Positions 28,624-40,701 of a DNA stretch of 64,000 bases are shown here, one piece after another. Positions within the stretch are counted from its first letter, which is position 1. Each line of letters begins with the position of its first letter. The translations under genes were made by a program, and so were the position numbers. The notes below the pieces were generated by a model. That model was not told where the DNA came from and made no database searches. It saw only the letters and a program-made list of their open reading frames with translations. Source of the DNA: Candidatus Yanofskybacteria bacterium (lineage in GTDB: Bacteria > Patescibacteriota > Minisyncoccia > 2-02-FULL-40-12 > GWA2-44-9); the NCBI GenBank assembly GCA_016185505.1, contig JACPNL010000019.1, positions 2,885 to 66,884 of the forward strand, given 5' to 3'.

Positions 28624-28710
28624 TGGTGCCCAGGGGGAGATTTGAACTCCCACGGGATTGCTCCCATACGGCCCTGAACCGTACATGTATACCAGTTCCA
28701 TCACCTGGGC
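28624..28710 (-). tRNA. tRNA-Leu(CAG)
   Basis: Reverse complement GCCCAGG...TACGG-TTCAGGG-CCGTA, long variable arm, TTCAAAT T-loop and CCA end. Confidence 0.95.
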
Positions 28711-28833
28711 TTGATGAGTTAATGTCGTTGTGTTAAGTTGTTGCTAAATTGGAAACTTGAAATTTAGGAGGAGAAATGATCGTAATTGTTATCTGTATAC
28801 TTATTATACTTATACTTTTTAGCGAAGATACAA

Positions 28834-29808
28834 TTAACCCTTCTTAAGCTCTTTATATCTCTCAATAAGTTCAATTTTTTCGGGGTCAACCCCGATTTTT
28901 TGCGCCAGATAAAAACTCGTCCAAAGGCCTAAAATGTAGTTATTTAGGACTATTTCGAGAGGTAGAGGGTCAGGTACTTTACTTGAGAGTACCTGACCCT
29001 CTCTTAGGTTAACGATACTATAATTATACTCCTGTTTGTCTAAAATTGCAATAGCAGCATCCAGATCGCGGATATAGCGGGGCAAGTCCCTTTCGTCTTT
29101 AAAAATTATGGGATAAAACGGCAGGTCTTTACGAATATACATAGCGAGCTCATCATGGGCTAAAATAGGCAGATAGTTCCAATAAGCCGGCGTCTTGGCC
29201 GTCTCGTTAAAATTTGATTTCCATAACGCGCCCAATTTGCGCCACGAATAAGATGTATAAATCAAAGGCGTCGCGGAGCCGATCTTATCAGCTAGTTCTT
29301 TTCCTGTATTTTCATGGTGTTGGGGATCAAGGGCAATGTCTAATTCTTTTTCCAATCCAAGTACGGTGAACAGCGCGCCGACCATATATCCAACGCTCAA
29401 GCGAGGGGCTGTTGACTGGTCGGGGAGAACGACTAGTGGAGTATTATTATCTTTGGCTAATTGGCCGAGTTCTCCTCCTTTGGTTATAGCAACTGGTTTA
29501 ATACCGCGTTTCACTGCGGTTTTGAACGCGGAAATTGTTTCTTCGGTTGTTCCCGACCATGAAATGCATATGACCAAGTCATCGGCGTCAACATCCGAAG
29601 ACAGATCATAGTTGTTATTGATAATAATAGGAACACCCGGACCCTTGTTCTTGTGTTCTTTGTAGGTCAATAGCATCAGGCCTGGCATGATGGAGCCGCC
29701 CATACCGCATATGACGACTTTCTCGTAGGTTTTGTCTATCTTAATATCTCGGGCAATTTCCGCGCCCTTGGATAGTTGTGATGGGAAGGTTAGGATTTGT
29801 TCACGCAT
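28834..29808 (-). CDS. Bifunctional phosphoglucose/phosphomannose isomerase (SIS domains)
   Basis: ICGMGGS, SWSGTTEET, TKGG and NFNETAK motifs. Confidence 0.88.
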   Translation of the reverse strand: MREQILTFPSQLSKGAEIARDIKIDKTYEKVVICGMGGSIMPGLMLLTYKEHKNKGPGVPIIINNNYDLSSDVDADDLVICISWSGTTEETISAFKTAVKRGIKPVAITKGGELGQLAKDNNTPLVVLPDQSTAPRLSVGYMVGALFTVLGLEKELDIALDPQHHENTGKELADKIGSATPLIYTSYSWRKLGALWKSNFNETAKTPAYWNYLPILAHDELAMYIRKDLPFYPIIFKDERDLPRYIRDLDAAIAILDKQEYNYSIVNLREGQVLSSKVPDPLPLEIVLNNYILGLWTSFYLAQKIGVDPEKIELIERYKELKKG

Positions 29809-29815
29809 AACCAAA

Positions 29816-29957
29816 AAATTATTCTAATTATTCTAATTGCTCTAATTATTCTAAATAATACCCAATATCTAATTTCTGAATGTCTAAAAAATATTTAGTC
29901 ATTTAGTCATTAGGATTTATTTAGGTCAATTAGGTTAATTAGAATAATTAGGTTAAT
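29816..29957. repeat. Periodic-repeat hairpin element, family A
   Basis: Same arms as 6120-6265; fills the spacer between the OppA-like gene and PGI/PMI. Confidence 0.85.
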
Positions 29958-31727
29958 TTATCTCCACACTCTTTTCGTGTCTATATACCACCCCTCAATA
30001 TTTATGAATCTGTCCGAAGGCAACGATATTAATTTGCCATTTGAGCTTTTTATTTTTTTGGCTTGGCCGTGAATGTAAAGCGGATTATATAGAAATACCG
30101 CCGGAATGTCTTCTATGGCTAATTTTTGGAAGTCGTCGTATTTCTTGGCCCGCTCAAGAGGGTTAAGCGTCTGTCGAGCGTCCTCAAGGAGAGTGTCGGC
30201 GGCTTTATTATCGTAAAGGGCGAGGTTCAGGCCGGGGTCTCTTTTTTGCGAGGAATGCCACAAGCTGAAAGGGTCAGGGTCTATGTTGAGCACCGTTCCG
30301 AAAAGCAATGCTTCGTAGTTCCTGTCCTTTATCGTTTGCTGGAGTTCTGGCGTAGGCAGGACTTCAATGTCAACTTGGGCTCCGACGTCTTCCCACTGCT
30401 CTTTTATTATTTTAGCAACTTCCGTCAGTTCAGGCCAGGTTGATGTGGTGATCTTTATGCTCAACCTCTGGTCTTTCTTGGACAAAATACCGTTCTCGTT
30501 TGCTTTCCACCCCGCTGTTTCAAGTATCGTTTTTGCCAGTTCAGGGTCATGTTCATATTTTTTAACGCTATTCGGTATGTCGAGGACTCCTCCCATCATC
30601 GGAGAGTGTACGGCAACGCCCCTTGATCCCAAGACCTTTTCTATCAGGGTGTTTTTGTCGGTGGCGTGACTTAAGGCCAAGCGTACGTTCTTGTCCGATA
30701 GTATGGCGCTCTTGTTCTGATTAAAGAAAACGGCAAAGTAGCGGGGGAGTTGGAGTTCTCTTAGGTTGAGACGCTGTTTGAATTTGGTTCTCTTTAAGTT
30801 ATCTGGTGAGACAAAACTTAGTCCCTCTATCTCATTTCTGTTGTAAGCATCTATCATCTCATCTTCGGAAACATAGAATTTTATCTCTATGTCATTGATG
30901 AACGGCCTGCCCCCGTAGAAGTCCTTATTAGCCAACAGTTGATATGATCGTATCCTGCCATCCTTGTCTTTTTTTAGCCGGTCGAATTTGTAAGGGCCGG
31001 AACCGATTGGCTTTAAGTTGAATTCTGAAAGAGCAAAGTTTATTGGTTTGACATCTTGCCAAATGTGTTTAGGTAGTATCTTCACGGTCAGATTATTGAG
31101 GAACTGGGCGTACCTTGCCTGGAGTTTGAACATCACCGCAAGGTCATTGACCTTTTCGATTTGGACGCCCTGCCAGTTGATTCGCTGAGGGCTTCCGTAA
31201 TCGGAATTCTGGGCCGTCTGGATGGTAAATATTATATCGTCGGCGGTAACCCGCTTGCCGTCATGCCAGCGGGCGTCTTCTTTTAAGTAAACGGTGTAAT
31301 TCAGGCCGTCGCTTGATATCTCATATGACTGCGCCAAATCGGGCACTATCTTGCCTTCGCCATTATACTCAAGAAGTCCGGAGTAGATGAGATATACCAG
31401 GTCTCTGTCGGTGTCGTTGGCTTGGGAAAGGAGGGGATTGATGTGGCGCGGTCCGTTAACCATACCTTCGGTGAACTTGCCGCCGTAATCAGGAGCTTGG
31501 ACGGTAAAGTGGAAATATGTTGTGAAGGGTATGGCAACAATAGAACCCAGTATCACAAGAACCAAGGCCGCGACAATATATCTTTCCTTCCTGGATAGCG
31601 CTTTGGGAATAAGCCGTATTTTGAGCTTGTTCTGGACCTTTTTGGCGAGGGTTTCTCGTATGCCGTGATTTTTGTCTTCCCCGTTCTTTAGACCAAAAAA
31701 ATCATCGAGTTGGTTGTTATCGTTCAC
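29958..31727 (-). CDS. ABC transporter peptide-binding protein (family 5, OppA/DppA-like)
   Basis: LIYSGL, PDLAQSY, WHDGKRVTADDI and PIGSGPY motifs. Start probably GTG 31727. Confidence 0.92.
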   Translation of the reverse strand: MNDNNQLDDFFGLKNGEDKNHGIRETLAKKVQNKLKIRLIPKALSRKERYIVAALVLVILGSIVAIPFTTYFHFTVQAPDYGGKFTEGMVNGPRHINPLLSQANDTDRDLVYLIYSGLLEYNGEGKIVPDLAQSYEISSDGLNYTVYLKEDARWHDGKRVTADDIIFTIQTAQNSDYGSPQRINWQGVQIEKVNDLAVMFKLQARYAQFLNNLTVKILPKHIWQDVKPINFALSEFNLKPIGSGPYKFDRLKKDKDGRIRSYQLLANKDFYGGRPFINDIEIKFYVSEDEMIDAYNRNEIEGLSFVSPDNLKRTKFKQRLNLRELQLPRYFAVFFNQNKSAILSDKNVRLALSHATDKNTLIEKVLGSRGVAVHSPMMGGVLDIPNSVKKYEHDPELAKTILETAGWKANENGILSKKDQRLSIKITTSTWPELTEVAKIIKEQWEDVGAQVDIEVLPTPELQQTIKDRNYEALLFGTVLNIDPDPFSLWHSSQKRDPGLNLALYDNKAADTLLEDARQTLNPLERAKKYDDFQKLAIEDIPAVFLYNPLYIHGQAKKIKSSNGKLISLPSDRFINIEGWYIDTKRVWR

Positions 31728-31816
31728 GCGAACATAATGCAAAACTACAAATCTGCGCGAATGCCGCAAATAAATATTCGTGGTATTCGCATGTCATTTG
31801 CGGATTTGCATTACAC

Positions 31817-32029
31817 TTAAATAATTCTAAGAACCGAAACAGTCAGAAAGAGTATGGCAAGAACTATGGTCGCGTAAAAAAAGAATTTCTCCGCGCCTCT
31901 TTTGGTGCTGTACTCTATGCCGCTTCCTCCGAAAGCAGAGGATAAGCCGCTTCCTTTTTGCTGAACCAAAACAGCCATTGTCAGTAAAACAGCTAAAATT
32001 ATCTGCGCGTATGTTAATAGTTGAGTCAT
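31817..32029 (-). CDS. secG: Preprotein translocase subunit SecG
   Basis: VLVQQKGSGLSSAFGG and RGAEK motifs; two TMs. Confidence 0.93.
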   Translation of the reverse strand: MTQLLTYAQIILAVLLTMAVLVQQKGSGLSSAFGGSGIEYSTKRGAEKFFFYATIVLAILFLTVSVLRII

Positions 32030-32054
32030 GGTTATTTTAGTTAGTCGGCTTAAT

Positions 32055-32175
32055 TAAAAATGTAAAAATCAAAATGTAAAATGACAGTTTAAAATGTCAA
32101 AATTGTTTTTCATTCTCGGGAACATTTTTTAATTTTGCATTGTAATTTTTCATTTTGATATTTAAATTTTACATT
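32055..32175. repeat. Periodic-repeat hairpin element, family B
   Basis: AAAATGTAAAAATCAAAATGTAAAATGACA...TTTTGATATTTAAATTTTACATT. Confidence 0.8.
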
Positions 32176-32192
32176 AAAGTTCGTGAGCTAAA

Positions 32193-32543
32193 TTAATCTA
32201 CTATTTTGCTGAAAACGTTTATAACTCCATTTACCACCGCAACCACGACTGTTGCCCACACTAATGCCGTTATGCTCTCTATAATTACAAAATCAAAAGT
32301 ATAGTCAACCAGCCATAGCATCAGAGCGTTTATAACTACAAGAAAAAGCCCTAAGGTCAATATTATCAAGGGCATCGTGAGGAGCTTGATGGGCGGCTTT
32401 ACTATTTTGTTTAACAAACCCAGTAAAATACCCGCCAACAGGAATTCTTTAATACTGCCATTTATAACAAATCCGGGCACAAAATAAATAGCCGCGTAAA
32501 TTGCCACAGAATTGCCTAAAATACGTACAAGAAATCCTATCAT
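32193..32543 (-). CDS. 4-TM membrane protein (YvlD / phage holin superfamily IV-like)
   Basis: LLNKIVKP..KLLTMPL..LTLGLF..VINA pattern. Confidence 0.85.
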   Translation of the reverse strand: MIGFLVRILGNSVAIYAAIYFVPGFVINGSIKEFLLAGILLGLLNKIVKPPIKLLTMPLIILTLGLFLVVINALMLWLVDYTFDFVIIESITALVWATVVVAVVNGVINVFSKIVD

Positions 32544-32553
32544 AAGCTTGCCT

Positions 32554-33948
<1,395 letters not shown>

Positions 33949-33999
33949 GATTAGGGCAATATTATAATATGTTTTTAGCAATTTGAAAAGGTCCTATCA

Positions 34000-34959
34000 A
34001 TGAGAAGAATTTGGCTTCTTTGTCTTACGCTTAGTGTCTCGAGCTCTTTGTTTTGGGGTTGCGAACCGCCGACAGAATTAAACCGGAATATATATCGAGA
34101 CGAGAATTTTTTCCCGCTTCCGGGTGATTTAAAAAATACAAGCGCATTTCTTGTTTTGGAGTGGAATGGCAGAAAGCCGTGGATAATGGCTTCGGGCAAT
34201 TTAATTGATAAGAAAGAAGGACTCATACGCACGGCTAAGCATTTCACTGATGATTTCGGTAAACTCGGTTTGGATTATTGCAGGGTCTTTTTAATGAACG
34301 GCAAGATATATAAAGCTACCCTTACCAAAGTTACGCCCATTCGCGACGCCGCAATTATAAAATTAATTCCGCCATTCTCGCCCGATGATTTTACTGACCC
34401 CTTATTGTCTGCTTCCGAAATGCCTAAATTCGGAGACACGGTCTATGTCCAAGGACTTCATCCCCATGCTTATGATATAAGGCGGGCAAATAAAGAAGAA
34501 GGTTTTTCGGATCAAGTGGTTAATATCTTTGAGACCTATTACGGACAACTGTTTAAAGATACAAGCCAAGAGTTGCAGGTTGTGTTTGATAACCTTGAGG
34601 GCAAAAGAGTAAAACCCGATCCGGACTCAATTCGTAATAATCCTTGGCTTAGCGTCGAAGACAAAAAAGCTCTGCTGGAGTTTGAAAACGACAGATACAT
34701 CAAAGTGTTAACGGCGCGAGACCATAAGTCTCCCTTTAGCGGATTGAGCGGCGGAGTCGCGCTAAACGGGAAAGGCGAGGCCTTCGGTGTCATAACTGCT
34801 CAAAACCCGATGAGGTTTGAAATTGACGATCAGGGGTTATTTTTTATCCCCGGGATCGGCCCGGCCAAGATGGGGGAAGTCAAGAAACAGTTTTGGGATA
34901 CAATATACATTACACCGTTAGATTCAATTAAGGACTTGGATAAATATCCTCAAAATTAG
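34000..34959 (+). CDS. Secreted or lipoprotein trypsin-like serine protease
   Basis: Lipobox-like FWGC; catalytic triad contexts TAKH, RDAA and GLSGG. Confidence 0.7.
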   Translation: MRRIWLLCLTLSVSSSLFWGCEPPTELNRNIYRDENFFPLPGDLKNTSAFLVLEWNGRKPWIMASGNLIDKKEGLIRTAKHFTDDFGKLGLDYCRVFLMNGKIYKATLTKVTPIRDAAIIKLIPPFSPDDFTDPLLSASEMPKFGDTVYVQGLHPHAYDIRRANKEEGFSDQVVNIFETYYGQLFKDTSQELQVVFDNLEGKRVKPDPDSIRNNPWLSVEDKKALLEFENDRYIKVLTARDHKSPFSGLSGGVALNGKGEAFGVITAQNPMRFEIDDQGLFFIPGIGPAKMGEVKKQFWDTIYITPLDSIKDLDKYPQN

Positions 34960-34962
34960 GGA

Positions 34963-35013
34963 TTGACACTCAATCTCTTTTTCATTACTCTTACTCCTAA
35001 AGTTCATTGAAAA
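34963..35013 (+). promoter_or_regulatory. Promoter plus boxA-like motif
   Basis: TTGACA-17-TACTCT; GTTCATTGAAAA at 35002-35013; GAGG SD. Confidence 0.7.
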
Positions 35014-35025
35014 TTTGAGGTAAAA

Positions 35026-36138
35026 ATGCCGCTTACAGATCCGAATGAAGGAAGAAGATTACTAAGAAAATGGGAAGAACAACCGAACAAGGTCGTATTT
35101 GGAATTCCACGCGCAATTTTTAATTGTGTGTTGGCCATGATTACGCCAGTTGCCCGTGACGGCGATTTTGGCAAGGAGTATGCTCAAGCCCACGTGTATT
35201 TGCTTGATCTGATGGGCCGGGGGAAAACGGCTGTTCTCAAATATCTCTCCGTTGGAGTAAAAGCAAAACTTGGACGAGTTGACGGCCGGCCGGACATGAT
35301 GCCGTCGGACTTAACAGGATATGAATATGTTGACAGATTCACCGGCGCCAGGACCTTGTTAAAGGGACCCCTTCATAGCAACATTCTTTTCTGTGACGAG
35401 TTGAACAGAACCCCTCCAAAGGGTCAAGCAGTTATGTTGGGCTCTATGGAAGGCAGTTATGTGATTATGTATATAATCGATCCCAAAACAGGCAGGTTAG
35501 AAGCCAAATCGTTTCCTCTTTATCCCATATCGGATGATCCCAACGAAACAAGAACGTATTTTATAACCCTTGCTACGGGTAATCCGATTGAATTTGAGGG
35601 TACCTATCCGCTCTCGGAAGCGCAAAAGGAAAGATTTACTTATTCTTTCAGAATGGGGCTTCCTGATCCGGAAAGTGAGATGAAGATACGTCCCTGGAAC
35701 GTCATGAATGAAAAAATCGAAACAGTTATGGACTTGGCCACCCTTTTGGATATTCAGGGGATGGTTAAACAAATTCGGTTCGCTAGAGAAACCGATGAGT
35801 CCGTGAAGCGTCTCATATTGAATTCTAGGCCCCAGTCTCAGGACATGAAAGAATGGGGCGAAATAATACCTCGCCACGCAACACCCGATCTGGTGAAGTG
35901 TGTTAACAGGTATGTTGCTTCCGGCTGCTCTCCTAGGAGAAATTATCACATGGTTGGGGCGACGCAGGCGTGGGCTTTTATACGAGGCGAAGACAAAATA
36001 GCGACAGTTGATGACGTTAAAGCAATTGCGCCCATAACAATGGAGCATGTTATTTTGCTTCAGCCGTGGGCTGAAGGAGATGGCGTTTCGGCGCAAGCGA
36101 TTGTTCAAAAAATAATCGATGAAACGGAAATGCCATGA
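35026..36138 (+). CDS. MoxR-family AAA+ ATPase (MxaR-like)
   Basis: GRGKT, PDMMPSDLTG, ILFCDELNRTPPK, NPIEFEGTYPLSEAQKERF and GCSPR motifs. Confidence 0.93.
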   Translation: MPLTDPNEGRRLLRKWEEQPNKVVFGIPRAIFNCVLAMITPVARDGDFGKEYAQAHVYLLDLMGRGKTAVLKYLSVGVKAKLGRVDGRPDMMPSDLTGYEYVDRFTGARTLLKGPLHSNILFCDELNRTPPKGQAVMLGSMEGSYVIMYIIDPKTGRLEAKSFPLYPISDDPNETRTYFITLATGNPIEFEGTYPLSEAQKERFTYSFRMGLPDPESEMKIRPWNVMNEKIETVMDLATLLDIQGMVKQIRFARETDESVKRLILNSRPQSQDMKEWGEIIPRHATPDLVKCVNRYVASGCSPRRNYHMVGATQAWAFIRGEDKIATVDDVKAIAPITMEHVILLQPWAEGDGVSAQAIVQKIIDETEMP

Positions 36139-37073
36139 AACAATTTGAGTTCAATGAGGTCGTATCGGCGCTTACCCATATTCGAGGCGGTATTCCAGCG
36201 GTCAGATTATCAACGAGGATTCGTTTGGGCCAGCATAGAAGTATTTTCTTCGGTCCCAGTTATGATTTTTACGATATTCAGGAATATGACCCGGAGCGTG
36301 ATCCGCCGAATCAAATAATCCACTCTTCTGTCGGTTCAGACGAGGATATGATCTATGCTCGTAAATGTATCGAACAGCACGAAGTCAAGGTGATTGTTCT
36401 GTCTGACTTGAGTTCGTCTATCGATGCGGGTACGGACTTTGCTAGAAGGCGCTTACTTCTCGAATCGATCGGCTATATAGGGCTTACCGCGGCTCGCTAT
36501 CAAAATCCACTGGGTCTAGTTGGTTTTGCGGATAAGGTTATTTTAAAGTTGCCGGCCAGATGCGGCCAGAATAATTTTTATCATTTGCTTAGATTAACAT
36601 ATGATTTTTTGGCAGAACGCGATCCTGATCAAGCAAAGACCCTTGCTAGAAAAACAGATTTTTTCGTCGCCCTTGACTTCGTCAGAAGGTCTTTCGGCCA
36701 GCGATGTTTTATACCGATGGTCTCCGATTTTATTGGATTTGAGAATGTCGTTAATTCGTCTCTCTTGAGAACCGTTGCCGCAAAGCACGAACTGATATTC
36801 ATTTTTTTAGACGACCCCATGGAACTTATTGCCGCACAAGGTATAGGATATTTGCGGATGGAAAATATTGAGGACGAGGACGGCAAACAAGCCATTGTTT
36901 CTAGACGGAAACTGCCGAAACTTGAAAAGGACTTGCGTCAAAAAAGAAAAGAGTTGAGACGGGAGTTGGCAAGATTAAGTATCGGCTCCACTGTTCTAGA
37001 ATATGGCAAACACTTTAATCGCCTCCATAGATTTTTTACGAAAAGACACAAACTTTTAAATGTCAGACACTGA
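36135..37073 (+). CDS. DUF58 family protein (MxaS-like)
   Basis: GQHRSIFFGPSYDFYDIQEY, DLSSS and VSDF motifs; translationally coupled to the MoxR gene. Confidence 0.88.
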   Translation: MKQFEFNEVVSALTHIRGGIPAVRLSTRIRLGQHRSIFFGPSYDFYDIQEYDPERDPPNQIIHSSVGSDEDMIYARKCIEQHEVKVIVLSDLSSSIDAGTDFARRRLLLESIGYIGLTAARYQNPLGLVGFADKVILKLPARCGQNNFYHLLRLTYDFLAERDPDQAKTLARKTDFFVALDFVRRSFGQRCFIPMVSDFIGFENVVNSSLLRTVAAKHELIFIFLDDPMELIAAQGIGYLRMENIEDEDGKQAIVSRRKLPKLEKDLRQKRKELRRELARLSIGSTVLEYGKHFNRLHRFFTKRHKLLNVRH

Positions 37074-37146
37074 CATGCGCATCCTTGACGGTTGCGCTTT
37101 TTTTATTTATCTTTTTTCAAAAGCACATTAATAATTGGGGAAAGCG

Positions 37147-38238
37147 ATGCTGTATAAAGTGCTGTTTTGCGTCGCCGTGTTGCTTATCGGAACTCCTCCA
37201 GAAATTCAAGCCCAAGAAGTTGTTCCAACTGTCGTTGAAATGCAGAGGGATTCTACCAAACCGACTACCGTAAGAACAGGAGAGCCGTTTACCCAGGTTT
37301 ACAAAATAAGCTATATCCGCTCAAAAAACCCGAAAAGGTGGGGGAAAGAAGTTCTTATTCTTGAAGACCAGATGAGACCCCTCGTCTTTCCGGCGCCTCT
37401 CGGCGATTTTGAAATAATCGGCTGGGTTCTGGATGAACCGGTGGCTACTGAAGGCGAAGAGACAGACGAGCTTACGCGGTATCTGCGACTCACCTTAAGG
37501 ATTATCAAACCTAAAAAAGATGCTTATGAAGTGCCCAAATTCAATGTCTATTGGGCATTGAAGAATGGCGATAAAATCGAAAACCAAGATCCGATAGAGA
37601 CGGAACCAGTTCACGTCAATTACGTGACTACGGCAACAAAAGACCCATATCTTGATATTCGCGACAATATCGAATCTGGCGGCTATTTTCGAGAAGCAAA
37701 TATGTTCTGGTGGATATCTCGGCTAGGTTTCTTGGGCATATTTATCTCCTTATTTTTGCTGGTAGCGTCGCTGCGTCTGGTAAAACATCGCAAGATGGAA
37801 AGATCCAAAGAAAAACCGACTGAAGAAGAGGGTCAGGAGTGCGTGGTTGTATCCAAGCCGCTTTCTTTTAACCAAGCGTATAGAAACTTTTTTAAAGAAG
37901 CCGGTAGATTATCCAAAGAACGCGGATTATCAGATCTGACCATGGAAAGGAGTTTATACACGGCTGTTCGTAATGTTTTAGCAACTAGATTGGGAAAGAT
38001 TAAGCCAGGGGATACTGCCGCTGATATTGGACTCTATATTGAGAAAAATGTAAAAGCGGGGGTTTACAAAAACACCTTGTTTGAATTACAGAAAGCTCTT
38101 GTTTTTCATCGAAAAAATATTGAATCCGGTGTGGCATCTATGCTGACTGACTCCTATTTATACAAACTCAAGGGTTTGGTTCGTTTGCTTAAGCGTCGTT
38201 GGCGAATTATGGCATTTCTAAGGAAGAGAAAAGTATGA
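37147..38238 (+). CDS. Signal-peptide plus single-TM protein (MxaA/BatD-like position)
   Basis: Signal peptide, beta-rich domain, TM and helical tail; located between DUF58 and the vWA genes. Confidence 0.65.
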   Translation: MLYKVLFCVAVLLIGTPPEIQAQEVVPTVVEMQRDSTKPTTVRTGEPFTQVYKISYIRSKNPKRWGKEVLILEDQMRPLVFPAPLGDFEIIGWVLDEPVATEGEETDELTRYLRLTLRIIKPKKDAYEVPKFNVYWALKNGDKIENQDPIETEPVHVNYVTTATKDPYLDIRDNIESGGYFREANMFWWISRLGFLGIFISLFLLVASLRLVKHRKMERSKEKPTEEEGQECVVVSKPLSFNQAYRNFFKEAGRLSKERGLSDLTMERSLYTAVRNVLATRLGKIKPGDTAADIGLYIEKNVKAGVYKNTLFELQKALVFHRKNIESGVASMLTDSYLYKLKGLVRLLKRRWRIMAFLRKRKV

Positions 38239-39374
38239 ATTTTTACGAAATTCTGGCTACCGGCTTAGATTCGTTGTCTGGTATTAGCCCTTCCGAAATC
38301 AAATATTCCCAGTGGCATATATCTGTCTGGCTGGCAGCTATACTGGCTATGCTAGTTATGCTGAAGTCATTGTTTAGCCGGAACAGCGATTCGCAAAAAT
38401 GTTCCGGCTATTTAATTCCCGCTTATTATCATCGGGGTTTCTCCCGTCAATTAGTTGATCTATTATTCAAGACAACTCTTGCGCTTGGCGTGGGTATGCT
38501 TCTCGTCGCGCTGGCTGATCCGTTTGTGCCGACAATTAAGACGGAGTCTGTTTTGAAAGAATCTAAGGAAAGGATAGATCTGATCGACGTTTCTACGTCC
38601 AAGGGCTGGTTATTTGAAAATATCGGCAAATCAGCCGGACGACTGGGGAGAGAAGCGCATCTTAAATTTCTAAAGATGCGCCAAGGCAAAAACGACAGAG
38701 TGTCTTTGTGGCTCTTTTCAACGAAAGCCACTAAGGTAGAAAGCTTTATCGCTGATGACGAACTTTATTATCAGCAGGTTGAAGATGCTCCGTATGTGAT
38801 CACCAGTCCGGGAAATCCTTGGCTGCCTCAGTTTAATTACCCTGCATCTTGCCACGTAAATATTCCCGAAAGCCGTTTGGAGTTAGTGTTCGCGGAAGGC
38901 GGGACTTTCTTAGATACCGGTCTTAGGTCGGTAATTAGACACTTTGACGAGGAAGGCGATAAAAGAATAAAAAGAAAAGCCGTTATCATAGAAACAGACG
39001 CCGCTGTAGACGTTTTTCCTAAAACAGAATTACAGGAATTACGCAAAAAAAATATTCATCCCTATTTTCTGTACATAAAACCAAACGAAGAATGCGAAAC
39101 ACTGGCTGGCAATATGTATAAAGGGCTTGTAAACGCGCAGAGATTGAAATTGGAAATTGAAAAATACGGGGGCAAATTTTATGATATTCAAAACGCAGAC
39201 AGTCTGAACAGGGCTTATCAGGATATTGACCGGCTTGAAGCGGTTGAACTCAAAGAAACCCATGTCGTTGACAAGCTGTACTTGTTTCAGGCGTTTATTC
39301 TGCTGGGTATCTTAATTGCGGTTATAGCAATTACCGGCATTTTAGTGGCTGAAATTTTTGGGATTTATCCGTAA
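38235..39374 (+). CDS. Membrane vWA-domain protein (MxaC/BatA-like)
   Basis: ALADP, MIDAS DVSTS, GGT and ETD motifs; C-terminal TM. Confidence 0.85.
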   Translation: MNFYEILATGLDSLSGISPSEIKYSQWHISVWLAAILAMLVMLKSLFSRNSDSQKCSGYLIPAYYHRGFSRQLVDLLFKTTLALGVGMLLVALADPFVPTIKTESVLKESKERIDLIDVSTSKGWLFENIGKSAGRLGREAHLKFLKMRQGKNDRVSLWLFSTKATKVESFIADDELYYQQVEDAPYVITSPGNPWLPQFNYPASCHVNIPESRLELVFAEGGTFLDTGLRSVIRHFDEEGDKRIKRKAVIIETDAAVDVFPKTELQELRKKNIHPYFLYIKPNEECETLAGNMYKGLVNAQRLKLEIEKYGGKFYDIQNADSLNRAYQDIDRLEAVELKETHVVDKLYLFQAFILLGILIAVIAITGILVAEIFGIYP

Positions 39375-39480
39375 TCCCGTCTTCTCTTGTTTGAAGGCGG
39401 GTTTTTGTTTAGTATTGCGGCAAGTACGTTAAAAATTTAAGGGGCAGATTAAATGAAGCATTATTGTAGAGACAGAACTT

Positions 39481-40617
39481 ATGCTTAAGCGTATTTGGGA
39501 CACGGTTCTTATGATTTGGGAAGAAATTTATGATTTTTTGGGCATAAATTTTATGGAGATACATTATCCCGATATCAATTTTTCCATAGTCGCTGGTCTG
39601 ACTCTCTTATCACTGTTTTTGGTTAAAATTTTATGGCGGCGTCTTAAGCGGGACAAAAACGCGCAGAAACATTCCGGCCACGAAATAAGCAGATATTATT
39701 TGCGGGGGTTGATCGCCATGTTTTTAAGCGCTATTTCCAAAGGCGTGTTCGCGCTGGCGGTTGCCGGCGTTCTCTTGGCTCTAGCCGAACCGTTCTTAGA
39801 TCAGATAAGGGAAGACCAAAAGGTCATAGAATCAAGAGTCAGAGTTGACGTAAGGGACGTTTCGAGTTCGATGAAATTATTTTTCCCGAATGTTTCCAAG
39901 TCAAAAGCTCAAGTTGCCGCTGAAGCTCATTTAGAATTTTTAAAAATGAGAGAGGGTAAAAATGACAGAGTTTCTTTTTGGATTTTTGCTTCGTATCCGC
40001 ATCTGATTGAAGACTTTATCTCCGATGACGCCCTTTACTATCAGCAAGTTGAAGATGCTCCATGGTTAGCGCAGAGTATGAATATGGAATCTTCGTTCGG
40101 ATCGCAGGTGGTACCCGCAGAGAGATACGGCGCAATCTCCGGAGAAGGCGGAGGAACAGACATAGTTCTTATCCTTCAAGCGGTAATAAAACAGTTTGAC
40201 GAGGACGAAAAAAAGTTAGCAAAAGCGGGCATTAACATTAGAAGAATAAAAAGATCGGTGCTGGTGCTTACTGATGCCGAAGTATATGCGATACCTGATA
40301 ATGAATTAAACGGACTGCAACAAAGAAATATCAAGCCCTATGTTATCTGGATTAAAAGTTCGTTAGTGATTTCTACCCCTGATTTTATCAGCCGGGTACG
40401 CGCTTACGGCGGAGAGTATTTTGATGTTACCGACGAAAACAGTTTGGCAAGGGCCTACGAGTCAATCGACAAATTAGAAACCGCAAAGGTGGTGATTACT
40501 AGAAAATCATTTCAACTGCCTCTTTTTCAGAATTTTATTTTCATGGCTATCGTGATAATGTTTGTTGCCGTCTTTGTGGCTTTGTTGATTGAACCATTCG
40601 GTGTTTATCCAGAATGA
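39481..40617 (+). CDS. Membrane vWA-domain protein, tandem paralog of 38235-39374
   Basis: Shares EAHLxFLKMRxGKNDRVS and LYYQQVEDAP with the previous gene; MIDAS DVSSS. Confidence 0.85.
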   Translation: MLKRIWDTVLMIWEEIYDFLGINFMEIHYPDINFSIVAGLTLLSLFLVKILWRRLKRDKNAQKHSGHEISRYYLRGLIAMFLSAISKGVFALAVAGVLLALAEPFLDQIREDQKVIESRVRVDVRDVSSSMKLFFPNVSKSKAQVAAEAHLEFLKMREGKNDRVSFWIFASYPHLIEDFISDDALYYQQVEDAPWLAQSMNMESSFGSQVVPAERYGAISGEGGGTDIVLILQAVIKQFDEDEKKLAKAGINIRRIKRSVLVLTDAEVYAIPDNELNGLQQRNIKPYVIWIKSSLVISTPDFISRVRAYGGEYFDVTDENSLARAYESIDKLETAKVVITRKSFQLPLFQNFIFMAIVIMFVAVFVALLIEPFGVYPE

Positions 40618-40701
40618 TCAAGCGTCAAACCTCCGTTATTGCGGAGGTTTTTTAATTATTGTATAGTATCGCAAAGTTCATTTACATTGAGAAAAGCAAC
40701 T

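Noticed and set aside
32193..32543. Prophage suggested by the holin-like gene
   Set aside because: This 4-TM family is commonly chromosomal, and no phage genes are nearby.
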